A stretch of DNA of 64,000 nucleotides from Utricularia gibba. Taxonomy: Eukaryota > Plantae > Magnoliophyta. The stretch is taken from NCBI GenBank assembly GCA_002189035.1, contig NEEC01000017.1, forward strand, positions 2,170,001 through 2,234,000, given 5' to 3'. Under the pieces are notes generated by a model. The model was not told where the DNA came from, did no database searches, and saw only the letters and a list, made by a program, of their open reading frames with translations. The position numbers and the translations under genes are program-made. Position 1 is the first letter of the stretch; each line of letters opens with the position of its first letter. This document shows positions 1 through 19,200 of this stretch, piece after piece.

Positions 1-31
1 GCCGAAGTGGGTGTGATTTTACTGGTTTCTG

Positions 32-1827
32 CTATGGAGGTTTAGCTATATGCAGCTTCTTCCTCTCCTCCATTTCTGGGGTCCAAACGCAGTGACTTCT
101 GAGATTCTCTGGCATGGTATGGTAAACTTTCCACCACAAAGCATGTGCCGAATCGCTGGCGAAACGCTTGTTCTCAACCACATCTTTGTTGCAGTCGTGG
201 CTCCTTTCTCTGCACATCCATGGCTTGAATCCCAGATAGTGCACTGCGGAGACATCTCCAGGGATCACTTCATGCATCGAATCTGGCACAGGGTTGAAGT
301 CCTTGAGAAAGTTCAGCCTGCTGGGCCAGCGATGCCACCACATGAAGACTTCATTGAGGAAGCCCTGATCGCCGCCATTGTATGATCTCACACGGAGCGT
401 TCTTCTCTTCAGAGCCTTGAACATGCAGCTGGATGGCTCCACCAGCATCAGCCCTGAGTTGAATATGTGCCTGCTGTTCGCCACCGCGGAGAGCTCGGGG
501 TAGGCGAAGAGCTCGTCCATATTGCGGAGAATTAGGAAGTCGGAGTCGATGAAGATGAGCTTCTGGTACTCGGTGAGCTGCCATATGCGGAGCTTGCTGT
601 AGTTCCATTCGTTGTAGGACTCGGTGTTGGTGTCGGCGTAGGGGTTTCGTATCCGTTTTATCAGCTTGATATTCCATCCTGCTGCCTTGAGTCCATGGAG
701 GTGGTTGATGGAGATGGAAGCATCAGCTAGAAGCATCAGGTCCCTTGTTGTGTTTGACATGAGGATGCTCTGAGCTAAAACTATTGCTCCGCAGACGTAG
801 TCCTCTGATGAATGGAGGACTGTAACATATGCTTCTTTTGCCTTCTGAACAGGCCCTCTCTTCACTTCTTCCTCCCTGAAACAATATCAGCCTCTTCTTT
901 TTCTTCGTTCAAAGAAGATGCACCATTTTTACCTGGTTCTGGGAAGAGGGGTGCAAGTTGGCAAGAACCCACGGGCATATGAATCTTCTGCATCAGCCTA
1001 TTCAGATCGGGCCTGTAGACAAAGGTGCTGCCTTCCTGATACAGTAAGTCGTTGCATCTGAAGATCTCCAGCATGGGGCGGCATGATCCTGAAAAGATGG
1101 CAAATACGCCTCTTCTGTGCTTCCTCCCACTCTTTGCTAACAAGTTTGCTGCCGCTAGATTCACTTGCAGTCTGAGAACATGGTAGTAATCTCGACTGTT
1201 CGCATCCTCTGTTTTGGGACATGGGACATCAGCAACAACTGCATCCAAGTCAGTGTAGTCCTCAGTTCTTGGCAAGGGGATATTGGGGCATCTGGATGAA
1301 TCCCAGGGCAGGCTTTCATCGATCCATTCAGGGTACAAGTCTTTCCACTTCACATCCATGGACACCTGCTCAAAGTGTATGTTCACCACCTCCACATTTT
1401 CTCCAAGCTTGATGGGACCAAATGAGGCGCGTGCACCATGAATGACACCTATTTTCATTCTTCTTCTGTTCATCTTTTGCTGAATTACCTGGTACCATCC
1501 GGGGTTGCTTTGACATCCTGAGCTTGTCTTCATAACCGGGTGTCCATGGGGTTCCACCCTGTCGATCTGATGAACCGTTTCGTTGTAGAGAGTGGTGATC
1601 GACAGAAGGACAAGGGAGAAGATGATGACTACAGAGCCCCATAGGTTCTTTGTGCTCATTGGTTTTTCGTTGCCAGGGCTGTTTGGAGACTTCAATGCTC
1701 GGTGCTGATATGATATGATTTCAGTGTCCTCTTGTATTCCACACAGAGCATGTGAAGCAAAAGTTGGAGATCCCCCCTGTTTGGGAGTTAACATGCATGA
1801 TTCTGATCTCCTTGAAAGAAATTCCAT
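32..1827 (-). CDS. GUX: GT8 xylan glucuronosyltransferase (GUX4/5-, PGSIP-like), 2 exons; splice-phase conflict at the junction
   Basis: Exon 1 (ATG 1827 or 1659, to 933) has an N-terminal TM segment and WKDLYPEWIDE / LQVNLAAA / MPVGSCQLAP. Exon 2 (~875 or 867 to 32) has EAYVTVLHSSEDYVCGAI, YNEWNYSKLRIWQLTEY, FIDSD (DxD), YNGGDQGFLNE and HYLGFKPW. Donor GT at 932; the best acceptor (876) is out of frame (see findings). Confidence 0.88.
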
Positions 1828-2102
1828 AAACAGCAGAAGTACAAAGACAGATAGCTGCTGACTGCACTGCTTAACAGTTAATATCGATTTGTTAACTGAT
1901 TCATATACAAGATTTGGATTAATATCCCTTTAATTCTATTGATCTTCGCCGATGGAGCATCTGCGTGGGTTACTAAAATGAATGGATCAGACAAGCCATA
2001 CAGTTTATTGGTAACACAGCGCCAAAACCAAGCCCCCGTTACAGCTCATAATGCCACAAACAAGACTAGGGACAACCAGGAACGCAATTCCTAGACATGA
2101 AT

Positions 2103-3622
<1,520 letters not shown>

Positions 3623-3745
3623 CTAACCCCACCCCCAACCCTACTTCTTCCTCGCGAAGACGACCCAAACCGAACCCCTGCTTCCGTTAACCAAGGCGGC
3701 CCATTTAGCTGCTAGGCCCAATAACTACACTGTGCTTTAATTCTC

Positions 3746-3771
3746 TTATTATTATTATTATTATTATTATT
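3746..3771. repeat. (TTA)~8 microsatellite in the TS/MIS12 divergent promoter
   Basis: Seen directly: ttattattattattattattattatt. Confidence 0.9.
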
Positions 3772-3883
3772 TATTTTATTTAATCATCTGCTTCAACCAA
3801 GGCGGGAAGAGTGCTTGCCCTAGAAATCTGAAAATTTGATTCTTTACAGTTCATCGACAAGCACATTCTCTCTTTGTTTCTCT

Positions 3884-5450
3884 ATGGAGCTGGAGTCTGC
3901 AAATCGAAAAATGGAGACGAGCAACAGCGAGGCGGTGTTTGAATCCCTAAACCTAAGCCCTCAGCTTTTCATCAATGAGGTCCGCAATGCCGTCGATGAT
4001 TTGATTGATGAAGCTTTCGCTTTCTTTCTCAAGTATGGGTCTCGCCTTCTCTTTCTCCGGTTTATGTTGGCCATTACTTTTTTCGCGCTTAGCCTTCCTG
4101 AATTGATGCAGAGAAGCTGCTAGGCTTCTTAAGATCGAGGGCGGCGAGCGATCTGCTGAATTGTCGAAGGTATTCTTTTCACATGAAGATTATTATCAGT
4201 CGATAATCTAAAATGAACTTTTTGATAGGGGGTCGACTACGTTCGTGATTTGGTTTCTCTGACGGTTGAGCAGAGAATGCAGAAATGGGAAGAATATTCT
4301 CTTCATTTTTGCTTCAGTGTGCCAGAGGGGTTCTCGCTGCCCAGAGAGGTAAGTTAGCATGTTTTTCTGATTGTTGTCTGGAGCATATCGTTTTGTTGTG
4401 TTTTATGATGCTTGCTTCGTTTGCTTTGTTTTAGAATGAGTTATCCACTGAGTATTTACCGCACCTGAATGCCCTTACTGATGAAGGGTTGGACGAAGAG
4501 CTGACTTCTTTGCGTGAGAAACTTGATAAGGTAACTAGGACCCTTCTTCAGACTGTTCAACTACGGTGAGCTGCTACAAATTATGAAAATGAGAGCGAGT
4601 CACAATGTATTAAAACTAGGCCTAGATATTGGCCTGCACTCTCATTCCTCATACAAATTAGCCCAACGGTGTGATTATCAATATTTGACATTCCCACTTA
4701 CTTTTTCTAGATCTTATAACTTTTGGTATAAAATATTCGCTTATGTTGCCCTGGTGAGGACATTAAGTTTCTGTGCACAGGTCGGAAGAGAAAATGCTGA
4801 GCTCAGAAAAGAACTTCATGCGAAGAAGAGACAGCTATTGCCATATAGTCAATCTGCGCTCTCTATTGATGAAGAGTTGCTGATGTATGAGAAAAGTGGT
4901 GCAAACGAAGCCTTCAAAGGTACAAGAACCTGAACCTTCTGAGCGCTAAGCATTACAAAACTAGTATAAATTCAATTATACTCGGCCTTGGCCTGGCTAA
5001 TGAATTCTTTTAAATATTGTTGTCGTGTTCAATGACCACTTGGATTTTGAGAATTAATGAGATTCCTACCACTCCTGGTTGTCATATTAGTTGAAAGTTA
5101 GATGCCATATGTTTCTGGTTGTTATGACATGCAGCTGGACTCCGTTCTTACCTACCGTCTAACTGTGATTTCTGAATATAGAGCTGACTACTCTGGCATT
5201 AGAACTTCATGCGAAAGTAGGGATTCTCAAGAGAAAAAGGATGGAAGAGATTCAATGTCACAGCAGTAAAATGCTGAACAACGAATCAACCGACATACTA
5301 AGATTACCATTCGGTGATGGTAAGCATGAAAAAAACACTGGAGCATCATCCCTTTCCTTGCTAAGCTCCTTCATCTCTGACTCCGTAGGTGGTTCTGGCT
5401 TCAAACTGCAAGAAGTTGAGCAGTTCCTGAGCGATATAGATCCATCATAG
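3884..5450 (+). CDS. MIS12: Kinetochore protein MIS12, 6 exons (ATG 3884 or 3911)
   Basis: SEAVFESLNLSPQLFINEVRNAVDD, WEEYSLHFCFSVPEGFSLP and LDEELTSLREKL match plant Mis12. All GT-AG junctions are phase-consistent through to TAG at 5450. Confidence 0.9.
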
Positions 5451-6771
5451 CTTATTATTGCTCTTGGCTAGAAACCAAATCTGCTATAACTTGCTGATGT
5501 GTTCGATCTTTGAATCTTTCTCAAGGGAAGAATGAGCAGGCCCTCTAGGGAATTAGCAACCAGGTTCGTATCTTTGTAATCAAGTTGTGTATCTGAAAAT
5601 GTCAATCTGATTTGCGACATCATAAAATCCTTTGGGTAATATATTTTGTTAGATGATGACATAAGATTTTGTAAATTTTAATATGATATATTTTTTTATA
5701 TTCCTTTAATTATTGATATAATAGTATTCCGGGAGACAATGAATTTGTGTTGTGCCAATTAAAGTATATCATCTTTTAAATTAAAAATAAATAATTTTCT
5801 AAAAGTTACTAAATTAACGGTTATTTGGGCCAATCATTGTGGCCCGCCCATAAGGCCATGTGCTCTCAACATAATCCGGCCCAATAAGAAATCAAATCCT
5901 GGGGTTCATTGAAACTCATCCATAAGAATCTCACTTATTCCGAGGTCGAACGTGGGAAAAATTAATAATACAAAATATTCTTTTTTTAAAAAAAATCATA
6001 TAGAATGTACGGATATGTAATATTTTATTCTGTCCCGAAAATATTCTGAAAAGTCTGTATTATAAAGTATATCAATCTGATTTATTTTTAAAATAAAAAA
6101 GAAAAGTCAAAGGGGGTGTTATGTGATATTTTGGCATTGACCGATTCTTGTCCTAAACCTTAGGTTTAGATAATGACGAGTAAAAATCTGTAATAAGATA
6201 TTTGAAAATCTGGGGTTTACTCTTTCTCTTGATTGTGTCGTCTTTTGCTGTTATATAAATGTGCTGTTTATACTGAATTTTAATGGTTTTTTTTTTTAGT
6301 TTTTGTTTGTGGAGGGAGGTGTTGGACCAATGGAGGCACTAGTGGTGTACTGTTAGCGTCATCTTCTTCAGTGGTCTGGTTTTTATAGAATTGAGGGTGG
6401 ATATAAAAAGGTGGAATTTTTCCGGAGTGGGTTTGTTTTGTATTGGGCGAATTAGGCAGCATTCGATTAGAAAAAAAGGAGGAGCTCGCATGTATTGTTA
6501 AGCTATCTTCTCGGCTGCTGATTCATACCAAACTCGCATCTGCGGATCTAGTGACCAAAATACAACAAGCAGTGCCTCGAAAAGGTGGCCCTTTTACATG
6601 GTGTAATCGAAATCCTTACCCGCCATTAGAAATCGCTTTCCTTTTTTGGATCATTGTTGTTGTTCACCGACGACCCCCGTTCGCGTTCCCGCATTTGGAT
6701 TGCTTTCTGGGTTCGGTTGCTTGTGGATAATAGCGGTGTAAATCTGATCCCTGTCGGAAGAAAAGGGAGTA

Positions 6772-9277
<2,506 letters not shown>

Positions 9278-9419
9278 AGGGTGTTTGGACAGAGTGGCTT
9301 GTAGTGCTTCTAGTAGTTTGATCCCAAGCTTGTCGATTGATTCTCCTGTATCTGTATTACTGACTCCGTTGGGGTGCAGATCAGTTATTATGGTGGTCTG
9401 TTGTCTATGCACAACAAAG

Positions 9420-10260
9420 CAATAAGGAGCAGTGTTACAGATGTATCTTGAATGCACCAATAAGCCTTTCTTTCTTTACAGACTTTCGATCTCAAATCAT
9501 GTGCATTCATTCATTCATCAACAGATAAAAGAACATGCTGACTCCTGAGTTTGTTTCAAAAATGCAGGAAATCATAAGAGGGAACTGAGGTATGAAATGA
9601 CAAACCAACCTCATCCCATCGCCGCCCACCATTCCCAAGTTGATTACAAACTTGGTTCTGATGAAATCTGAGTTGTCGTATCCAGAAAAAGAACTCATAC
9701 AAACTCAATGTCATCATATTACAGTCCTTGGAAACATGTGAGTATCATAGAATTTCACTGCTGTAGCGTATATGGTAGGCCGTATCCTTGCAAAGTGTGC
9801 ACACAACCAGCAGTTCAAAAACTAGGCAAGAGCAAGTCTGTATATTGTACATGGAAAAACGCAAATACAAACATAAAATAAAAATTGACTCCTCGACCAA
9901 AAACAAACTTAAAACTCAAACTTTCACCACGATCGAGTTCAACTCCACGAATGCAACAAGCACACACACACACACACGAAGAATTCTTGATCAAAACAGA
10001 CAACAATCGAAAGCCGAAACTCACCGTCGAAAATCTCTCAGAAGCGAGAAGACCGCCAACTCCAAACCCAATTAAACTTCAACGACATCACCGAACAATC
10101 AATCCCCTCTGAAACCCAAACAAACTAAAAGGCGGGTTCCCGGGGCACGAACAGAGAAAGCGCCGCTGACAAGTTTACGGGGTACGAGAACACTTGGTGC
10201 AGACTCTGAGAGGAAACTACGATGACACGGAGAAAGCAACAGTTTACAGGTAATATTTAT
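9420..10260 (-). ncRNA. Candidate non-coding transcription unit (snoRNA/miRNA-host or lncRNA-like)
   Basis: 5'-leader-like sequence, a strong donor ACG|GTGAGT at 10024 followed by a U/G-rich intron-like tract, no credible ORF, and several 7-9 bp stems at 9449-9814. RNA class and strand are not established. Confidence 0.3.
9961..9977. repeat. (CA)8 microsatellite
   Basis: Seen directly: cacacacacacacacac. Confidence 0.9.
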
Positions 10261-10722
10261 ACATTGGGTTTGCAACCATTCTAAAATAATATTTTAACTT
10301 TTTGTTATTGCATTTCTATTTCAGTATTTTCACAACGATAAGTTTTAGTACTCAATCTGCATCCATAATATCCGTTATTGGAATTAAAATTAGTCTAAGT
10401 TTTATATTATGTAGCCGTTCAGAATCAAACCACATTTCTGTCCCTGGAACAGTTTGAACAGTAGACTCACGACTAGTGCTGAGTAAAATTCAATCCACTC
10501 GTACTTGTGCAGGAAAAAGAATTTGGCAGACACAAGCCTTGCGTGCGTATGTATATATTGTCCTTACATAATAAACCGTTACAACAATTCTGGACTACTC
10601 TTGGGATGCCTGCTTGCCATGAAAAAAAGAAAAAAAAAACACTGACCTCCTCTGCGTCTTATTCCCTCTTACTGAAACATGCACGTCAAGAAACAAAGAC
10701 CCTATTGTGTTTCTGTGTTAGC

Positions 10723-14743
<4,021 letters not shown>

Positions 14744-15504
14744 GGTTGCCAAGGACAGAAAAAAGGAGACGGTTTTTGGCCCGTGAATCAGCGGAGCAAG
14801 GAGAAAATGAGAAGAGAGTGCGGGTTCCTTAAGAAGGGATCCCCCCACTTTCTCTCTCACGCCCTCTCGCTCCTAGGCGTAGCCTCAATTTGCTTTAAAC
14901 CAGTGAGTTAACAGAACCCATGGCTAATCTGAGGGCAACCAGCTAAGCTTTTTTGAACGAAAACGACATTGAAGTGGAATCCCAAATACGTGTTTGTGAG
15001 GCGGGAGTGCGTCCACACAGATGGGTGCCAACTACCAGCTCCGCCATAGCCAGAATAAATCAAAGGCATCATCGAGATCTCCGTCTACATCCACGTAATG
15101 TGAGTCACTCGCCCATGTGTTTGGATGGCTCACAGCTCTCGGATCCCCAGCCACCTCGTGGACCAGCGCTTCCGAGGTAATCACCTAACCCTAATTAATA
15201 CCTTCGGGGTTGGATAGATCGTGGGTTCATCGGGATCCACGACGGCCGGTGCATTGCCTCACAAAAAACAATTATTTAAAAAAAAAGATTTTCCAACGAA
15301 TACCTCTGACGTGGTCGAGGCGTGGGGTCCCACGTGAATCCAATTCCATGTCTGGTTTAAAACATCCAAACCTGATGAGGAAGCCACCACCGAGTAAAAA
15401 CAAATCCAACCAAAATAAACAAAAAAAAAACACCCCACGAGGGTATTATTTTAGAGAGTATAGTTATAATTAATTTTAATTTTATATTTCATGGGCAGAA
15501 TTAG

Positions 15505-15586
15505 GTCGATATGTCCGAGTGGTTAAGGAGGTAGACTCGAAATCTACTGGGTTTTGCCCGCGCAGGTTCGAATCCTGCTGTCGACG
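15505..15586 (+). tRNA. trnS-CGA: tRNA-Ser (anticodon CGA), long variable arm
   Basis: GTCGATA...TGTCGAC acceptor stem, D-loop AGTGGTTAAG, anticodon arm GTAGA-CTCGAAA-TCTAC, variable arm, T-loop GGTTCGAATCC; 82 nt. Confidence 0.97.
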
Positions 15587-15587
15587 G

Positions 15588-15592
15588 TTTTT
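15588..15592 (+). terminator. Pol III oligo-T terminator of tRNA-Ser
   Basis: TTTTT starting 2 nt after the tRNA 3' end. Confidence 0.8.
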
Positions 15593-16277
15593 ATGGTTTC
15601 TTACTTTTAAAATTTATAAATATTAAATTTAAACAATTGAATTTATTATAAAAAAATTAGTTAGAAAGCACAAGTAAAATAAAAAATAAATTAAATATGA
15701 TCTTAACACACGAATTTCATTTAATCGCACAAGGGAAGAAGGCCATCTCCATTGCGTGCCAAGGCTTATGACGATTGCTCTCTATGATTGACTGCCTGCC
15801 CGCCTGGTTTTGAGGCTTCCAAATTGATTCAAAGGTGAGCTGGTTCCATACCAGAATCTGGGCATGACTAACTAGGTGATTTCATTGATATGCATCAACA
15901 GAATCTGGGGATCAGAGCATGGATTTGTTTTTCGCCTTCTTAAGCTATGCACCAAGGCACTGCGCTCTTCTTTTGCCTGTTAAATGTTGCTCAAAAGCGT
16001 GCCTTGGATCACATGAAACTTATATCCTGGAGTTCGTACGAAATCCAAAAAAAAGCAGCTTTGAGTGTAACACCAGACGAAAAAGAAACAAAGGAATACT
16101 GGGGAAGAATCATTAGGCAACTGTCTCCTCCTCTATCTGAGGTTAATTCAGACAAAAGCATACAGGCCAATGTTCGAAGGTGAACTCAAGGTCATCTTAC
16201 TATATTTTTGAGCTGTATGTATTTCTTTTACATGGGACAACAAGAAAGCTGGATGATCAATGTACCATGATGCGGCA

Positions 16278-19200
16278 TCAAGGAGATGAATGTAAGGTTT
16301 GAATCTGTAAGAAGATGACAATGGGAATTGAGATTAGGAAAAATAGAGTGAGTGCAGATTTGAAGCTGAAGAGGTAGCTAACCTTATTCACAAGCAAGCT
16401 GACTTGTTCTTTATACATTTCCTTGAGATCAACAATATCGTTCCGAAGTTCCTCCAACTGTTATACATAATCAAAGTTTTAAATGGCAGGAACTGACAGC
16501 AAGGATAGGAATCAGAGCTAGTTGCAGGCATTCAAATGAAAATGATCATATAGTGATTCCACGTTTTCCTCTAACTCAGAGATACAAGACCATCACTTCA
16601 ACGTTACCTCTTCATCACGTTCACCCATCAACTCAAGTGCAGCTGAGTGCCTACGTCTGAGTGCATCCAGTTCTGCTCTTATTCCGGGCAGCAAAGAAGC
16701 TTCGGTGCGCAATCGTTCACACTGCCAACACACATAGTTGATATAAGCACTAGCACCAGGTTGACAGCTATTCAATGGTATGTACAACAGTTATTTTGAG
16801 CAGTTCCTCAGACAAACAACAGAACAAAACAGAGAGAGGAACAAACATATTGAATAGAGCTCAAACCCAACCTCAGCAGTTATTTTGACCAGTTCCTCAG
16901 ACAGAGAATCACGAACGGATTCCAGAGAAGCCTACAGATGGCAAGCATGGGTTATATTGGTCTAAACATGGTTATAGGTGAGTAAATACCACATTCGTTT
17001 CATACCAATCTAGATGCGTAAGATGCTAGCTCCCCATCCTTTTGACGAAGTGCAGCTTCAAAGGTGTTGGATGTTAGGCTTTTGATATAATATGGGCTCA
17101 CAGCCTCATCATCGGTTCTAAACCCAGATGATTTCTCAGATGGATCCAGGGTAGTTTTCAAAAAATAACTTTCTTCCATACTGGACAAGCTCCTTGCGCT
17201 CAAGATTTTTCGAGTTACATTACCTGAGAAAATATCACAAGTGAAATAACAGATTAAATAAGAGCATTGATTCATTGTCACGCTTTTGGTGATACCATTT
17301 TCAGATGAAATCGATTTTTCCCCGGAAGTGGGGCTTGAATCAGGTACAGGAGAAGGTTGAACATGGAAATCCATTTCCTTTTCAGAGCGAGTAGCTTTTT
17401 CTCGTTCAAGTTCCTGGTTGGCATTGAAATTCAGAATAAAAAGTCAATACTAAAGAAAAGGTTCATGAAACCACCTGTTGTAATTGCTCTTGATGCATCC
17501 GCATTTCAACCAACTCCTCTTTGTGCTTTCTTCGGAGTTCCTTGATTTCATTTTCCAGCTGAAATGCACGACTTTCATGAGTTTCAGCTTCCTCCTTCAA
17601 AACAAGATACTCCTGGCGATTCTCTGATGCTCTCTGCCTTTCCTTCTCAAGGGATTTTGTTAACTGTGTCTGTTCAGCTCGAAGGCATGATATCTGTATA
17701 ATTTATTACCATAAGCTGGCAGTGAAAAAAAATAAAGAACTGAACACCCAATGTATAACTGAAAAAAAGGTAAGAACCTGAGCTTCAAGAACATTTATTC
17801 GAGATAAGGTTTGAGTCATTCTTTCATTATAGTAACGCTCTTTTTCCTCAGCAGCTGCAGCTCTTGCCTCAGCTTCCTGCATGGATTAAGAATGACTAAG
17901 TACTTTGGAAAGACAAAAATAAACCACGTAAAACATTATATCCAAAACCTGAAGCCTTGAGTTGAGGGTTCTTTCGACAGCAGCCCAAGCTTCTGCTTTC
18001 CTAGCAGTTGTTTCCTGGCAATAATAGGAAAACTCAATTATGAATCGGCATACATAACCTATTACATGAAAATTCACTTTTTTGAAAAGAACCTGAATTG
18101 CTTCAATTTGTCGTAGAAGAGGTCTGGTAGACTCAGGAACTTTGGTTATTAGCTCCTCAAACCTAAGCTCGCTTGCCTTCATAGAATTAAGTAGAAATCA
18201 CATGGGGGGGAAACAGAAAACACAGCAGCAAAAAAGCCATGGGGAATTACTTGGCATCGTTTTTGAAGTTCCTCAATATCTTTTAGAAGTGTGTCTTCCC
18301 TAAAAGCAGCCTGCTGTTCCTTTCTGCTGAGAGTCTGGCGTAGCTCTTCAAGAGTTTGAATTAGCATACCTTCCCTTTCTTGAACTTCTCTTAGACGACT
18401 TTCCAGTTCAGTTCTAGCTTCAGTGTCTGCACGTGCCTCAGCTAAAGCCTCAGCTTCTTTTGCAGCATTCAGAGCATTAACATAGTATTCTTTTTGTGCA
18501 GTGAGTTCAGCTTGATGTTTTTCAACAGTCTCCTGTAGCAACTTCTCAGTCGTTGCCTTGTCTCTTTTTATGCTATCTACTTTACTCTCTTCAACCTAGA
18601 ATCCATACGCCAATTAGACCAATGCTAGATAACAAATTTAAACAGATAAAACAATGTTGATGTCCAGGATATGAATGACAGGATGGTATGACTGATATGG
18701 AATAAAAATCTGGAAAATATCAGGGAGGCCCCCTTTGAAAAAGATAAGTGAATATAGTACTTATAACTCTGTCAAATATGAGGATCTTATAGATTCTACA
18801 CAAGAAAAAAAATGACATGATTCATCAACATAGCAGATGAAAAAAGGGGCGAGTGGCACCCATACATGCATTTAAAAACACAAAGACAACGCACCTGAAT
18901 CCTTGTAAGCAATCCTTTTTTCTCTTCCTCAAGCTCTCTGATCTAGCACACATAAAAAGCAAATGATAACTGGCTCATGTGAATTCAGCTCGAGCATGCA
19001 ACTCCAAAAGAGGGAGTGATTTCGTACCTGTGCTCTCAGTTTTCTCATTTGAGCTTCTTGAGCTGCTTGCTTTTTGATAGCTGTTCACCTGTATACGAGT
19101 AACACAAGCATGAGTTTTGGGCCAGCATGAAACTACTAAATATACTAAGGAATCACCAAGGTAACCTCTCTAGTAAATATATTGTTATTTTGAACTTTAT

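Noticed and set aside
14950-15360. Cluster of ACGT/G-box-like words upstream of NADP-ME
   Set aside because: Short, common motifs; a plausible promoter but no specific element can be supported.
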